From assembly GCA_044223005.1 (NCBI GenBank), contig JBGAML010000005.1:32001-96000 (forward strand): 64,000 bases of DNA. Reading direction: 5' to 3'. Both the position numbers and the translations under genes were made by a program. Below the pieces are notes generated by a model. The model did not search any database. It had not been told where the DNA came from and worked only from the letters and a program-made list of their open reading frames with translations. Source of the DNA: Candidatus Eiseniibacteriota bacterium (GTDB lineage Bacteria; Eisenbacteria; RBG-16-71-46). The stretch's first letter is position 1, and each line of letters begins with the position of its first letter. Shown piece after piece: positions 48,048 through 58,800 of the stretch.

Positions 48048-48308
48048 CGCGCTCCGTGGCCGTGAGTGAGGACGCGGGGCAGTGCGGCGGCACGAATCGC
48101 CACGTGAGCGCTTGCCGACGGGCTGAGGGGACATCCACGCACTCACGTGGGCGCAGCGAGAGCATGCGTTCCGAGCATGGAGCACAGAACAGGGTGCACG
48201 AGCAGACGGGGGAGAAGGCCATGCGAATACTCTGGCCGGTGCGCGAATGCTGCCCGGCTTCACGGTGAGGAACCGTTTCGTCCGGCGGACCTGCCGTACC
48301 GAACGCCA

Positions 48309-49871
48309 CTAAGGCCCGCGCATCGCCTTCGATCTCATCGCGTCGATCGCCTCCACGTCGACCGAGAGCACCTCGTCGTGGGTGGCCGTGTGACGCGTGA
48401 AGAAGAACTGGCGGCCGTCGGGCGACAGCATGGCGCCGTACTCGTCGTCGGGAGTGTTGAAGCCGGGCCCGAGGTGGACCGGCGCACCCCAGCCGCCGCG
48501 GCCGTCGGCGAAACTCACGTAGAGATCGACGCCGCCCACGCTGCCGGCACGTGCCGAATGGAACACGAGCCAGCGGCCGTCCGGAGCGATGCACGGGTCC
48601 CCATCGTAGGTCTGCTGGTTGATCGGCGGCCCGAGCGGCTCGATTCGCCAGTTGCCATCGGCGCCGGGTGTCGCACGGCAGATCTTCGGCATGCCCTCGA
48701 GCTGCAGACCGAAGTACCACGTCCCGTCGTTCGAGCGGCTGCCGCGATACGCGTCGCCTTCACTCGTGATCGGCCCCGGCACCGGCACCGGAGCTCCCCA
48801 GCCGGTCCGCGTGCGAGTCACCGCATACAAGCGGCGGTATTCGCCGGCGCGTTGGGCCGTGAAGTAGAGCGATCTCCCGTCCGGCGCGTAGTGCGCTTCC
48901 AGGGTGGTGACGAATCCGTCCATGCACGCCGGCGGAGAGAACGCGCTCCACGTGCCGGCTTCGCAGGTGGCGTGCACGATACGGCTGCCGCCGTAGGTCG
49001 CACCGCCGATGCTCGCGAAGCACTCCTTCCCGTCCGGAGAGAAGGCGACGGCAAAGCACCACGGGTTGATCGCCGCCAGTACCGCCGGCGCGAACCGGAC
49101 CGGCGCGAGCCCCGGCCGGGGCTGGCCGAACCACGCGCCTCGAACGGGTATTCGTGGCCGGCCGATCGGCGGGTCGAACGGCTTCGTGTCGCGCGCATGC
49201 GCCGCGATCGTCGCATCGAGTCCCGCGAGGATGTCCGGGCGCACGGAGTTCACCAGTTCGTCCTGCACCGCGAGGGCGATGACGGCCTCGGCGGCCTCGG
49301 CCGGCAGCCTGCCCTCCTGCAGGAGCGGATCGAGCGCCGACCGCGCGGTACCCACCGCCGTGTCCGGTACGGCGCCAGCCATCTGGCCCCGCATCGCCTT
49401 GAGGGTGAAGTCCACCTGCTCGTACTCGAGCGCCTCGAGCCTGCGGGCGAGTCGCTCGCGATACGTGCCGTGCAGGTCCGCACCCGGCGCGAGGCGTGCT
49501 TCGAGGTAGGGCTCCGTGAAGAGGCCGGCGAGCGAGCGCGCCGACGCCGCGTCCAGCGTCGCCCGTACACAGGCCAGGGCGCGAGCCGCCGCGCTGGTGT
49601 CGCGTTCGATCACGGCGCACTGGAAGAGCGTCGTGCAACGTTTCCGGGTGGTGGCGGCGTCGGCCGCCCTCCCCGCGCGAGCATCGGACTCGAGATCGGT
49701 GCGCACTTGCCCCACGAGAGCGAGGAGTGCGTCGTGCCGGCGAAGCAGTTCGCTCGGGCGGCAGGCGACGGGGTAGGAGCGTGGGGCGGGCGCGGACGCA
49801 GTCGCGCGCGCGGTCGGCGAGCCGGCGAGCGACAAGGCGACCGAGAAGACGATCCATGACGGGCGGCGCAT
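48309..49871 (-). CDS. Exported protein: helical N-domain plus PD40/TolB-like beta-propeller
   Basis: Signal peptide; FSPDGKE, APDGRSLYF, DPCIAPDG..GGVDLYVSF, GPGFNT..LSPDGRQFFF. Confidence 0.75.
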   Translation of the reverse strand: MRRPSWIVFSVALSLAGSPTARATASAPAPRSYPVACRPSELLRRHDALLALVGQVRTDLESDARAGRAADAATTRKRCTTLFQCAVIERDTSAAARALACVRATLDAASARSLAGLFTEPYLEARLAPGADLHGTYRERLARRLEALEYEQVDFTLKAMRGQMAGAVPDTAVGTARSALDPLLQEGRLPAEAAEAVIALAVQDELVNSVRPDILAGLDATIAAHARDTKPFDPPIGRPRIPVRGAWFGQPRPGLAPVRFAPAVLAAINPWCFAVAFSPDGKECFASIGGATYGGSRIVHATCEAGTWSAFSPPACMDGFVTTLEAHYAPDGRSLYFTAQRAGEYRRLYAVTRTRTGWGAPVPVPGPITSEGDAYRGSRSNDGTWYFGLQLEGMPKICRATPGADGNWRIEPLGPPINQQTYDGDPCIAPDGRWLVFHSARAGSVGGVDLYVSFADGRGGWGAPVHLGPGFNTPDDEYGAMLSPDGRQFFFTRHTATHDEVLSVDVEAIDAMRSKAMRGP

Positions 49872-50066
49872 GGTGATCCTCGCAGGACAAGTCCCGGTCG
49901 GGGCGTGGGCGAAACTGCGCCTCGCCACGCGAACCGGCGACGACTGCCGTACCAACGCGGAGCTACGGGAACGACTGCGCCCGTTCGGCGCACGAAGGAC
50001 AGCGCCACTCCGGAGTCTGCGCCGGCTTCCGGGGGTGCGGGCCGCTGACCGGTTCGTACCGGTTTA

Positions 50067-50103
50067 CATGTGCCTTGACAGGCATATGCGCCTATGCGAA
50101 TGT
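50067..50103 (+). promoter_or_regulatory. Promoter with TTGACA nested in an inverted repeat (candidate ArsR operator)
   Basis: CATGTGCCT-TGAC-AGGCATATG (1 mismatch) containing TTGACA at 50075-50080; no RBS before ATG 50110. Confidence 0.6.
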
Positions 50104-50109
50104 ACGAGC

Positions 50110-50469
50110 ATGGAATCGACGTTCACGATCGTCGCCGAGCCCAACCGCCGTGCCATCCTCGACCTGCTCGCATCCTCCGAGCGCACGGTGGGAGAGCTCG
50201 AGCGGCGGCTGCAGCTCTCGCAGACCGCCGTGTCCAAGCACCTCCGCGTCCTGCGTGAGGCGGGCCTCGTCGAAGCGCGCGTGGACGCCCAGCGCCGCAT
50301 CTACCGCCTGCGACACGAGCCGCTCCGCGAACTGGACGCGTGGCTCGCGCCGTACCGGAAGTTATGGTCCGCTCACGTGGACGCGCTCGAGCGGCACCTC
50401 GATCGCGTGGAGTCATCGCCACACCGTACTCGCGTCCCCGCGACGCGTCCCCGAAGGAAGACCCGATGA
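50110..50469 (+). CDS. ArsR/SmtB-family regulator
   Basis: VAEPNRRAILDLL..SQTAVSKHLRVLREAGLV..QRRIYRL..LDAWL. Confidence 0.92.
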   Translation: MESTFTIVAEPNRRAILDLLASSERTVGELERRLQLSQTAVSKHLRVLREAGLVEARVDAQRRIYRLRHEPLRELDAWLAPYRKLWSAHVDALERHLDRVESSPHRTRVPATRPRRKTR

Positions 50470-50996
50470 GCGCTCACGATTCGTACGTCCCGGGCCCCGC
50501 CACCGGCGCTCGCATCCACAAGGACGGCGACGACTGGACGCTCGTGCTGGTGCGCGAGCTTCGTCACGCGCCCGAGAAGGTCTGGGTGGCGCTGACCGAA
50601 CCCGAGCACCTGCGCGAGTGGGCGCCCTTCGACGCCGATCGCAGCCTCGGAGCCGTCGGCCCCGTCTCGCTCGCGACGGCCGGAACGCCCCAGGTCGCCG
50701 AGTGTGCCGTCACGCACGCCGAACCTCCGCGCCTGCTCGAGTTCACCTGGGGCGGAAACCGGCTGCGCTGGGAGCTCGTGCGCCTCGACTCCGGGACGCG
50801 CCTCACGCTCTGGCACCACATCGATCGCCGCTACATCGCCTGGGGCGCCGCCGGCTGGCACATCTGCCTCGACGTGCTCGACCGCTGGCTGGCCGGCGAT
50901 CCGCTCGGCCGCATGGCCGGGCCCGGGGTAGCGCAGTTCGACGGATGGCAGCGGCTCGTCGGGGAATACGGCCGCCAGTTCGAAGCCGAGGCCTGA
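50466..50996 (+). CDS. SRPBCC/AHSA1 domain protein
   Basis: ATGA overlap; LRHAPEKVWVALTEP..W, PPRLLEFTW, AAGWHICLD. Confidence 0.9.
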   Translation: MSAHDSYVPGPATGARIHKDGDDWTLVLVRELRHAPEKVWVALTEPEHLREWAPFDADRSLGAVGPVSLATAGTPQVAECAVTHAEPPRLLEFTWGGNRLRWELVRLDSGTRLTLWHHIDRRYIAWGAAGWHICLDVLDRWLAGDPLGRMAGPGVAQFDGWQRLVGEYGRQFEAEA

Positions 50997-51045
50997 GCAC
51001 GGTCTGGCCGCTCGTCGTCCATTCACCCTCGGAGGTCCCATCGCC

Positions 51046-51411
51046 ATGAACGTCTTCCTCTGGGTCCTGCAGGGCCTGCTGGCGTTCCACACGCTGGCAG
51101 GTGCGCTGTGGAAGTTCTCGCATTCGCCGGAGCAGACGATGCCGTCGCTCGCGCCCATTCCGCCGGCGGCATGGCTCGTCATGAGCATCGTCGAGATCCT
51201 CTGCGCACTCGCACTCGTGCTCCCCGCGGTCCAGAAGCGGCTCGCGGGCATGATCCCGATCGCCGCGCTCGTCATCGCGGCCGAGATGCTGCTCTACTCC
51301 GGGCTGCACCTGTCGTCCGGACATCGCGACATCGGTCCGGTCGTGTACTGGCTCGTGGTCGCCGCGTTCTGCGGCTTCGTCGCCGTGGCCCGGCGCCGCG
51401 TCCGGACCTGA
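51046..51411 (+). CDS. DoxX-like membrane protein
   Basis: GGAGG RBS; LWVLQGLLA..GALWK; EILCALALVLP; four TMs. Confidence 0.8.
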   Translation: MNVFLWVLQGLLAFHTLAGALWKFSHSPEQTMPSLAPIPPAAWLVMSIVEILCALALVLPAVQKRLAGMIPIAALVIAAEMLLYSGLHLSSGHRDIGPVVYWLVVAAFCGFVAVARRRVRT

Positions 51412-51438
51412 CGCGGCACGACGGAGAGGGGGCGTCGC

Positions 51439-51834
51439 ATGATCAAGAAGAGCGCTGTTCCGAAGGGATCGACACCCGCGAAGATGATCGACGCCCGGAT
51501 CGCCGAGTTGGGCGACTGGCGGGGAGAAGTGCTGGCGAAGCTGCGGCAGCTGATCCACGAAGCCGACCCGGGCGTGGTCGAGGAGTGGAAGTGGAACGTG
51601 CCCGTCTGGTCGCACGACGGGATCCTGTGCACGGGCGAGACCTACAAGCGCGCGGTGAAACTCACGTTCGCCCGTGGCGCCTCGCTGGAGGACCCGAAGC
51701 GGCTCTTCACGTCGAGCCTCGAGGGCAAGGTCCGCCGCGCGATGGACGTGACCGAGGGCGCGAAGATCGACGCGCCGGCGTTCAAGAAGCTGGTCCGCGC
51801 GGCGGTGGCGGCGAATCTCGCCGCGAGGGGCTGA
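51439..51834 (+). CDS. DUF1801 (YdhG-like) protein
   Basis: LGDWRG..LRQLIHEADP.VVEEWKW.VPVWSHDG; KLTF..GASLEDP. Confidence 0.9.
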   Translation: MIKKSAVPKGSTPAKMIDARIAELGDWRGEVLAKLRQLIHEADPGVVEEWKWNVPVWSHDGILCTGETYKRAVKLTFARGASLEDPKRLFTSSLEGKVRRAMDVTEGAKIDAPAFKKLVRAAVAANLAARG

Positions 51835-51870
51835 GGCCGCCGCTCGTGCGAAGGGGCGATCGGCACGGCG

Positions 51871-51897
51871 CGTAACCTTTTCGGTACATTGACCGTA
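51871..51897 (+). promoter_or_regulatory. Putative ECF-sigma promoter upstream of the MacAB-like operon
   Basis: CGTAAC-N17-CGTA, same geometry as 12018-12044. Confidence 0.55.
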
Positions 51898-51962
51898 CTC
51901 GATGTGCGCGCCGCCCCGGGGCCCCGGGGCCGGCGGTCACTCGCGTACGGAGGCTTCGGACG

Positions 51963-53234
51963 ATGAAGCGACGGGTACTGTGGATCGGCGTCGGGCTCGC
52001 CGTGGTGAGCCTCGGAGCGCTCGGGATGGTCGTGCGCGGGCGCGGCGAGAAGCCGCTCGTGGTCCAGACCACGCCGGCGAGCCGGCAGGAGATCGTGCAG
52101 AAGGTCGACGCCACTGGCCGCATCGAGCCCCGCACGCAGATCAAGATCAGCGCCGACGTGAGCGCCAAGATCAAGCACATCGCCGTGCGCGAGGGCCAGT
52201 GGGTCGAAAAGGGCGCGCTCCTCGTCGAACTGGACCGCGTGCGCTACCTGGCGGCCGTCGAGAACGCCGAGGCGAACGTGCGCGCGGCGCAGGCGAACGC
52301 CACGCTCGTGCTGCAGAATCGCGAGCAGGCGCGCAAGGAGTACGAGCGCACGAGGGAACTGATGGCGCGCCAGCTCACCTCGCCGTCGGATCACGACGCC
52401 AAGCAGACGGCGTGGCAGGTCGAGGACGCGCGCTACAAGACCGCGATCGAGCAGGTCGCGCAGGCCCGCGCCACGCTCAAGCAGGCGCAGGACGATCTCT
52501 CCAAGACGACGATCTACGCGCCCATGTCGGGCACCGTGAGCGCCCTCAACAAGGAAGAGGGCGAGATCGCGCTCGGCTCGCAGTTCCAGGCCGACGTGAT
52601 CCTGATCGTGGCCGACCTCTCCGCGATGGAGGCCCAGGTCGGGGTCGACGAGAACGACATCGGCTCGATCCGGGTCGGGCAGCCGGCCGAGATCCAGGCC
52701 GACGCCCTGCTCGGGCAGCCGCTCCACGGGCGCGTGAGCGAGATCGGGAGCAGCGCCACCGCCAGCGGCACGGGAACCACGGACCAGAAGACCGAGTTCG
52801 AGGTGAAGATCGGCATCACGGACTCGCTCCGGACCCTGCGCCCGGGCATGACCACCACGGCCGACATCGTCACGCAGACGCGCGAGCGCGCCCTGAGCGT
52901 TCCGCTCCAGAGCGTGGCGCTGCGCACGGTCGACCAGCTGCTCCGCAAGGGGGAGAAGCGCGCCGACGCCGAAAAGCGCTTCAAGGCAGACAAGGACGGC
53001 TTCGTCGAGGTGGTCTTCTGTGTCGAGAACGGCCACGCGGTCGCGCACCAGGTGAAGACCGGCATCCAGAGCAACGACCGCATCGAGATCCTCGACGGGC
53101 TGAAGGAGGGCGACGTGGTCGTCTCCGGCAGCTACCGGGCGATCTCCAAGGACCTCGCCAACGGCGCCGCGGTGAAGATCGACAACAGCAAGCCCGCCGA
53201 CGGACACGCGCCGGTCGCCGACCGGGCGAGCTGA
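51963..53234 (+). CDS. Efflux periplasmic adaptor subunit (MacA-like)
   Basis: N-terminal TM; ATGRIEP..ISADVS, coiled hairpin, TTIYAPMSGTV, VDENDI, LRPGMT, GLKEGDVVV. Confidence 0.92.
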   Translation: MKRRVLWIGVGLAVVSLGALGMVVRGRGEKPLVVQTTPASRQEIVQKVDATGRIEPRTQIKISADVSAKIKHIAVREGQWVEKGALLVELDRVRYLAAVENAEANVRAAQANATLVLQNREQARKEYERTRELMARQLTSPSDHDAKQTAWQVEDARYKTAIEQVAQARATLKQAQDDLSKTTIYAPMSGTVSALNKEEGEIALGSQFQADVILIVADLSAMEAQVGVDENDIGSIRVGQPAEIQADALLGQPLHGRVSEIGSSATASGTGTTDQKTEFEVKIGITDSLRTLRPGMTTTADIVTQTRERALSVPLQSVALRTVDQLLRKGEKRADAEKRFKADKDGFVEVVFCVENGHAVAHQVKTGIQSNDRIEILDGLKEGDVVVSGSYRAISKDLANGAAVKIDNSKPADGHAPVADRAS

Positions 53235-53261
53235 CCGGCGGTCGCCGTGGGATCGCTCGCC

Positions 53262-54485
53262 ATGCTGCGCGAATCCCTCGCGATCGCGCTCACCGCGTTG
53301 CTCGCCAATCGCGTGCGAGGCGCGCTCACGACGCTGGGCATCATCATCGGCATCGTGGCGGTCGTGACGACGATGACGGCGTTCAACGGCCTGCAGAACC
53401 GGTTCCGCGAGAGCTTCTCGGCCGTGGGCAGCGACGTGATCTACGTCTCGCGCATGCCGTGGGTCGTCATGAACGACTTCTTCCTCTACCGGAACCGCCC
53501 GCGCATCACGCTGCACGAGGCCCAGGCGCTGGAATCGCGACTGCGCGGACGCGCCCTCGTGAACCCGTCGGTCGCCGGGTCCGCGAGCCTCAAGGTCGGC
53601 TCGCAGACGATCGAGGACGTGCAGGTGATCGGCACCACCGAGCGCCAGACGTTCTTCTCGAGCGTGCAACCGCAGTCGGGCCGGTTCCTCATGCCCTTCG
53701 ATGTCCGCTACAAGAAGAACGTGTGCGTGATCGGGACCGACATCCGCGACGGGCTCTTCCGGGGCGTCGACCCGGTCAACCGCACGCTGCGGATCGGCCG
53801 CCACGACTACCGGGTGATCGGCGTGATGGAGAAGCAGGGGGGCGCGTTCCTCGACGGCCCCAACTTCGACCGGCAGGTCTACGTCCCGCTCACGACCTGG
53901 CTGCGCAACTTCGGCGGCAACGGCGACCGCGTGGACGTGATGCTCGCCGTCAAGGCACCCACGCCCGGAGCGCTGGCCGACCTCGAGTACGAAGTCCAGG
54001 GCGCGATGCGCCGGGTCCGCGGCCTGCGGCCGGCCGACGGCGACGACTTCTCGATCAACAAGCTCGACACGCTGGTCGGCACGTTCAACAACGTCATGGG
54101 CGTCGTGCTGCTCGTGGGACTGATCGTCACGAGCTTCTCGCTGTTCGTGGGTGCCGTCGGCGTCATGAACATCATGCTCGTCTCCGTCACGGAGCGGACG
54201 CGCGAGATCGGCATCCGCAAGGCGATCGGTGCCACGCGGCGCAGCCTGCTCGTGCAGTTCCTGTTCGAGGCGGCCGCGATCTGCCTTGCCGGCGGCGCGG
54301 TCGGCATCGGGATCTCGGCCATCGTGGCCGCGGTGCTCAACGCGACCGTGATGCCGGCGAACCTCTCGCTGCCGATCGTCGCGATCGCCGTACTCGTCTC
54401 CGTCCTCGTCGGGGTCACCGCCGGCGTGGCCCCCGCGTGGCGCGGCGCCCGGCTCGATCCGGTCGAAGCACTCCGGTACGAGTAG
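53262..54485 (+). CDS. ABC transporter permease (MacB/FtsX-like)
   Basis: NRVRGALTTLGIIIG; GVMNIMLVSVTERTREIGIRKAIGA; LDPVEALRYE. Alternative start GTG 53247. Confidence 0.92.
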   Translation: MLRESLAIALTALLANRVRGALTTLGIIIGIVAVVTTMTAFNGLQNRFRESFSAVGSDVIYVSRMPWVVMNDFFLYRNRPRITLHEAQALESRLRGRALVNPSVAGSASLKVGSQTIEDVQVIGTTERQTFFSSVQPQSGRFLMPFDVRYKKNVCVIGTDIRDGLFRGVDPVNRTLRIGRHDYRVIGVMEKQGGAFLDGPNFDRQVYVPLTTWLRNFGGNGDRVDVMLAVKAPTPGALADLEYEVQGAMRRVRGLRPADGDDFSINKLDTLVGTFNNVMGVVLLVGLIVTSFSLFVGAVGVMNIMLVSVTERTREIGIRKAIGATRRSLLVQFLFEAAAICLAGGAVGIGISAIVAAVLNATVMPANLSLPIVAIAVLVSVLVGVTAGVAPAWRGARLDPVEALRYE

Positions 54486-54495
54486 GAGGGCGCCC

Positions 54496-55743
54496 GTGAA
54501 TCCCCGCGAACTCCTGTCCATGGCGCTCCGCTCGATCGTCGCCAACAAGCTCCGCAGCGCGCTCACGCTGGTGGGCATCGTCGTCGGCGTGGCGTCGATC
54601 ATCGCCGTCATGACCGCGATCTCGCTCATCCAGGCGACCATGGAGCGGGAGATGAGCGTCCTCGGGACGCAGGTGTTCCAGGTGCAGAAGTGGCCGGCGG
54701 GCGGCTTCTCGAGCCCCGAGCAGCGGCGCCGTGCCCAGAGCTGGCCGCCGCTCACGCTCGCGCAGGCGAACGCGATCCGAGAACAGGTCCCGGTCGTGGA
54801 CCTCGTGGGCTCCGAGATCTGGGACTTCGGCTTCGCCGCCGAGTATCGCGGCGAGCACACGAACCCGAACCTCTCGATCTGCGGCGGCACGCCCGAGTAC
54901 GCGCCCAACAACACCCACTTCGTCGGCCTCGGCCGCAACCTCTCGCCGATGGACGTGCGCAGCGCCGCCCGCGTCGTCGTGATCGGGCACGCGATTTCCC
55001 AGAAGCTCTTTCCCTTCGTCGATCCGATCGGCCGCGAACTGATCGTGGACCACCGCCGCTACGAGGTGATCGGCGTGTTCGACGAGAAGAAGTCGGCCTT
55101 CGGCGGCAACTTCGACAACTACGTCCTCATGCCGGTCACCACGTTCCTCGGCGTCTACGGTCCCACGGGCCGCGACGGGCGACCGCGTTCGGTGAACATC
55201 ACCGTGCGCGCCCACAGCCCCGAACTGATGCCGCAGGCGATCGACCAGACGCGCCTCGTGCTGCGCCGCATGCGCGGCGTGAAGCCCGCCGAGGAGGACA
55301 ACTTCGACTTCTACAGCAGCCAGAGCCTGATCACCCAGTTCAACAAGATGAGCCTCGGCGTGAAGATCGCCGCGTTCCTCGTGGGCATCGTGGCGCTGGT
55401 CGTGGCCGGTATCGGCATCATGAACATCATGCTCGTCGCGGTGACCGAACGGACACGCGAGATCGGCCTGCGCAAGGCGCTCGGGGCGCGCGCCTCGAGT
55501 ATCCGCACGCAGTTCCTGCTGGAGGCGGTCGTCCTCTGCAACCTCGGCGGCATCGCCGGCGTGGCCCTGGGCTTCGCGCTCGGTAACCTCGTCGCCGTGT
55601 TCGCCAAGTTCCCGCCGCGCGTCCCGCTCGAGTGGGGTCTGATCGGCCTGCTGTTCTGCTCGGCCGTCGGCGTCACGTTCGGGCTCCTGCCCGCGATGCG
55701 CGCCGCGCGGCTCGACCCGGTCGAGGCGCTCCGCTACGAGTAG
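54496..55743 (+). CDS. ABC transporter permease (MacB/FtsX-like), second paralog
   Basis: NKLRSALTLVGIVVG; GIMNIMLVAVTERTREIGLRKALGA; LDPVEALRYE. Confidence 0.92.
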   Translation: MNPRELLSMALRSIVANKLRSALTLVGIVVGVASIIAVMTAISLIQATMEREMSVLGTQVFQVQKWPAGGFSSPEQRRRAQSWPPLTLAQANAIREQVPVVDLVGSEIWDFGFAAEYRGEHTNPNLSICGGTPEYAPNNTHFVGLGRNLSPMDVRSAARVVVIGHAISQKLFPFVDPIGRELIVDHRRYEVIGVFDEKKSAFGGNFDNYVLMPVTTFLGVYGPTGRDGRPRSVNITVRAHSPELMPQAIDQTRLVLRRMRGVKPAEEDNFDFYSSQSLITQFNKMSLGVKIAAFLVGIVALVVAGIGIMNIMLVAVTERTREIGLRKALGARASSIRTQFLLEAVVLCNLGGIAGVALGFALGNLVAVFAKFPPRVPLEWGLIGLLFCSAVGVTFGLLPAMRAARLDPVEALRYE

Positions 55744-55803
55744 CGGCGGGCGCCGCGTGCCCCGAAGGGACGTTCTGCCCTCGCTCTCGTCCCGAAGCGC
55801 GCG

Positions 55804-55838
55804 AGGCCCCCGGGCGCGAGACCTGCGCCCGGGGGCCT
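55804..55838. terminator. Perfect 14-bp bidirectional hairpin
   Basis: AGGCCCCCGGGCGC-GAGACCT-GCGCCCGGGGGCCT. Confidence 0.7.
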
Positions 55839-55861
55839 GCGACCTTGGTCGTGCGTTCGGG

Positions 55862-58800
55862 TCAGCGAAGCACGACGACGCGTGCGGTCCGCACGGCCGC
55901 ACCCTGCTCGAGCCGCACCATGTAGAGCCCCGGCGCCAGCGTCGCGCCCGCGCCCAGGTCCACGGAGTGACGCCCGGCGCCGAGCACGCCGACTTCGCGC
56001 TCGGACACCTTGCGGCCCGCCACGTCGAGCAGCGCGAGCCGAGCGGGCGACGCCGCCGGCAGCGCGAATGCCACGCGCAGCGAGCTACCGCGCGCCGGGT
56101 TCTCCGGAGCCTGGAGCGCGAACGCCACGTTCGTCTCCGGCCCGACGCCGAGCACCTGCCCGGCCTGCGTGAGCGCGAAGACGCTCAGGTTCCCGTTGAC
56201 GTCGGCCGCCCGCAGGATGAAGTAGTTGCCCGAGATCGCGGCCGGGTCGTCGTACGTGGTCGTCGTCACGGTCGCCACCAGGTTCGCCGGCGACGGCAGG
56301 AAGCCGGGCGTCGTGCCGCGATAGAGCTTGTACCCGGCGAGATCGTTCTCGGCGTTCGGGCTCCACGTGAGGTGCGCGGCGCCGGCCGAGTAGGTGCCCG
56401 TGAAGGCGGCCGGGGCGAGCGGTGGGATGTTGTCCACCGATTGGCCACTCGCGGGGTCGCTCGCGATCCAGATCGTGGGGGCCGTCGTGCTGGTGGTCAC
56501 CACGAACGTGTCCGCCGCGGCATTCGTCACCGTCGGGACCGCCACGAAGTACTGCGCCTGCTGCAGCGCCGGCACCGACGTGACGAGCTCCCAGGTCCCC
56601 GGCGGGAACGCCGACGTGCTCGATGCGCCGTCGCGCACGGCACCCGTGGTCAGGATGCGGCCCTGCTCCTCGCGCACGACGAGGCCGGACGGCACGGACG
56701 CCCGCAGCGCTTCGAGCGACGCGCCGCTCCCGCGCACGGACGCGGCACGAGCCGGGTTCGAGGTGATCGCGATGTGCCGCCACACGCCGTACGTGGTGGC
56801 GGGAGTCGCCGCGTTCGCGACGTCCAGCGGCGAGGCCGCGAACGTGATCCGCAGCCACCCACCCTGGTCGCCGGGGAGGTCGTTCACGCTGGCGATGCCG
56901 GCGCCGAGCACGAAGAGCGTGTCGTCGGTGAACGCGCCGCCCTTCAGGCCATAGTCGACCATCTGGATGCCGTAGTGTGGGTTCCGGTGGATGCGCGCCA
57001 GGTCGATCGCATAGGACGTCGTCGTCAACGCGCCGAGCGCGGCGACGCGGCGCAGCCCCGTGAGCGGGTCCGCGGGCACTGACGCGAGGTCCATGCCGTT
57101 GGCGGTCGTGCCGACCCGGATGTCGTACGTCACCGGCGTGACCCCGAACGGATAGTGAACGGAACCGTTGCCCGTCCACGTGATCCGGAGCTTCGTCCCG
57201 CTCACGGATGCGTTGTAGGCGTACACCCGGTTCATGGTCGTGGGCGGGTTCTGGATGCCGTAGCCGCCGCGGTACAGCCGGGTCGTTGTCGTACTGACGG
57301 ACTGCGTTCCCGCGAGGACCAGGTCGAGGTGGCCATCCTGGTCGTAGTCGCCGATCGCCACCTTGCCATCGCGCAGCGCGGCGAGACCTACGGCGAGATC
57401 CACGCGGTCGTTCGAGATGACGCGACAGACGGAACCGGCGCCCGCGAGCCCGCCCAGCACGTAGTCCACACGGCCGTCGTTGTCGAGGTCCGCGCTCGCG
57501 GCGCACGGCGTCACCGTGTCGAACGGAGGCGCGGGAGAGACGCCGGTACTCGGGAACGAGCCGTTGCCGAGGTTGCGGAAGAACGCGTTCGAACCCAGCC
57601 ACAGGTCGAGCAGCCCGTCACCGTCCTGGTCGCTGACCGCGAGCTGGTGGGTCGAGCCGGCGCTCACCGTCGTGACCAGCGCGAACGTCCCGTTGCCGTT
57701 GCTGTGGTAGACCTTGCCGCCGACGAGGGCATCCAGCAGGCCGTCCCGGTCATAGTCGTAGCAGGCCACCGGGGCGCCCGCGATCGAGGGCTGATCGAGC
57801 CCGGTGAGCCCCGCGTTCATGTTGGTGAAGCTGCCGTCCCCGTTGTTGTGGTAGATCGCGGCGACGAACGAGCCGGATCCCGGGTAGCCATTGACGAGCA
57901 GGTCCGTCCAACCATCCTGGTCGAAGTCGCCACAGGCGATCGCGACGCTCGAGAAGCCGGGGAGCACGGCGCCGGAGTTCGTGAACGTGCCGTTGCCGTT
58001 GTTGCGGTAGACCTGGAACAGGCCGCTGCCCGCGATCACGATGTCGAGATCGCCGTCGTTGTCCACGTCCGCCCACTGCGCGTCGCCACCCGTGACGGGC
58101 GGCAGGCCCGCGGCGAGATCGGTGAAGACGCCCGCGGTGTTGCGGTAGACCCGGGAGATCGATCCGGACGCCGACGTGCCCGTCAGCAGCAGGTCGAGAT
58201 CGCCGTCGTTGTCGAAGTCACCCCACGCGAGCGACGGGCTGGAGAGCGCCGGCAGGCCCGCGCCCGTGTCGAGGAAGATCGACCCGAAGCACTGCACCCG
58301 CAGGTTCCCGGCGTCGGCGACGTACACGTCGCCATACGCATCGACGTCCAGGCCACTCGGGCGGTAGAGCTGCCCCGGGGCGCTGCCGCTCGGACCCCAC
58401 GTGCACAGGAAGGCGCCCGTGGACGTGAATTTCTGGATCCGGTCGTTGAAGAGATCCGAGACGTAGACGTTGCCCGTCGCGTCGACGGCGACGTGATCCG
58501 GACGGTCGAAGCCGCCGTTCTGCGAGCCGTTCGAACCCCACTGGAACTGGTAGGCGCCCGCCGTCGTGAAGGCCTGGATCCGGTCGTTGCCCGTGTCGGA
58601 GACGTAGATGAGGCCGTTGGCGCGGGACACGGCGACCTTCTTCGGATAGAAGAACTTGCCGTTGAGGACGCCGGGGCCGCCCCATTGCCCCAGGTAGCCG
58701 CCGAGGCTTGTGAACTTCTGGATTCGGTGGTTGTTCGTGTCGCCCACGTACACGTTGCCGGACGCATCGCAGCCGATGCCCTGCGGCGTGTCGAACTGAC

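Noticed and set aside
48050..48308. Short RBS-preceded ORF MRILWPVRECCPASR ending in TGA (possible peptide or recoding)
   Set aside because: No recognisable family, no SECIS-like support and no coding-like continuation.
54160..55743. Near-duplicate DNA at the ends of the two permeases
   Set aside because: Ordinary paralogy of conserved MacB motifs, not a mobile-element repeat.
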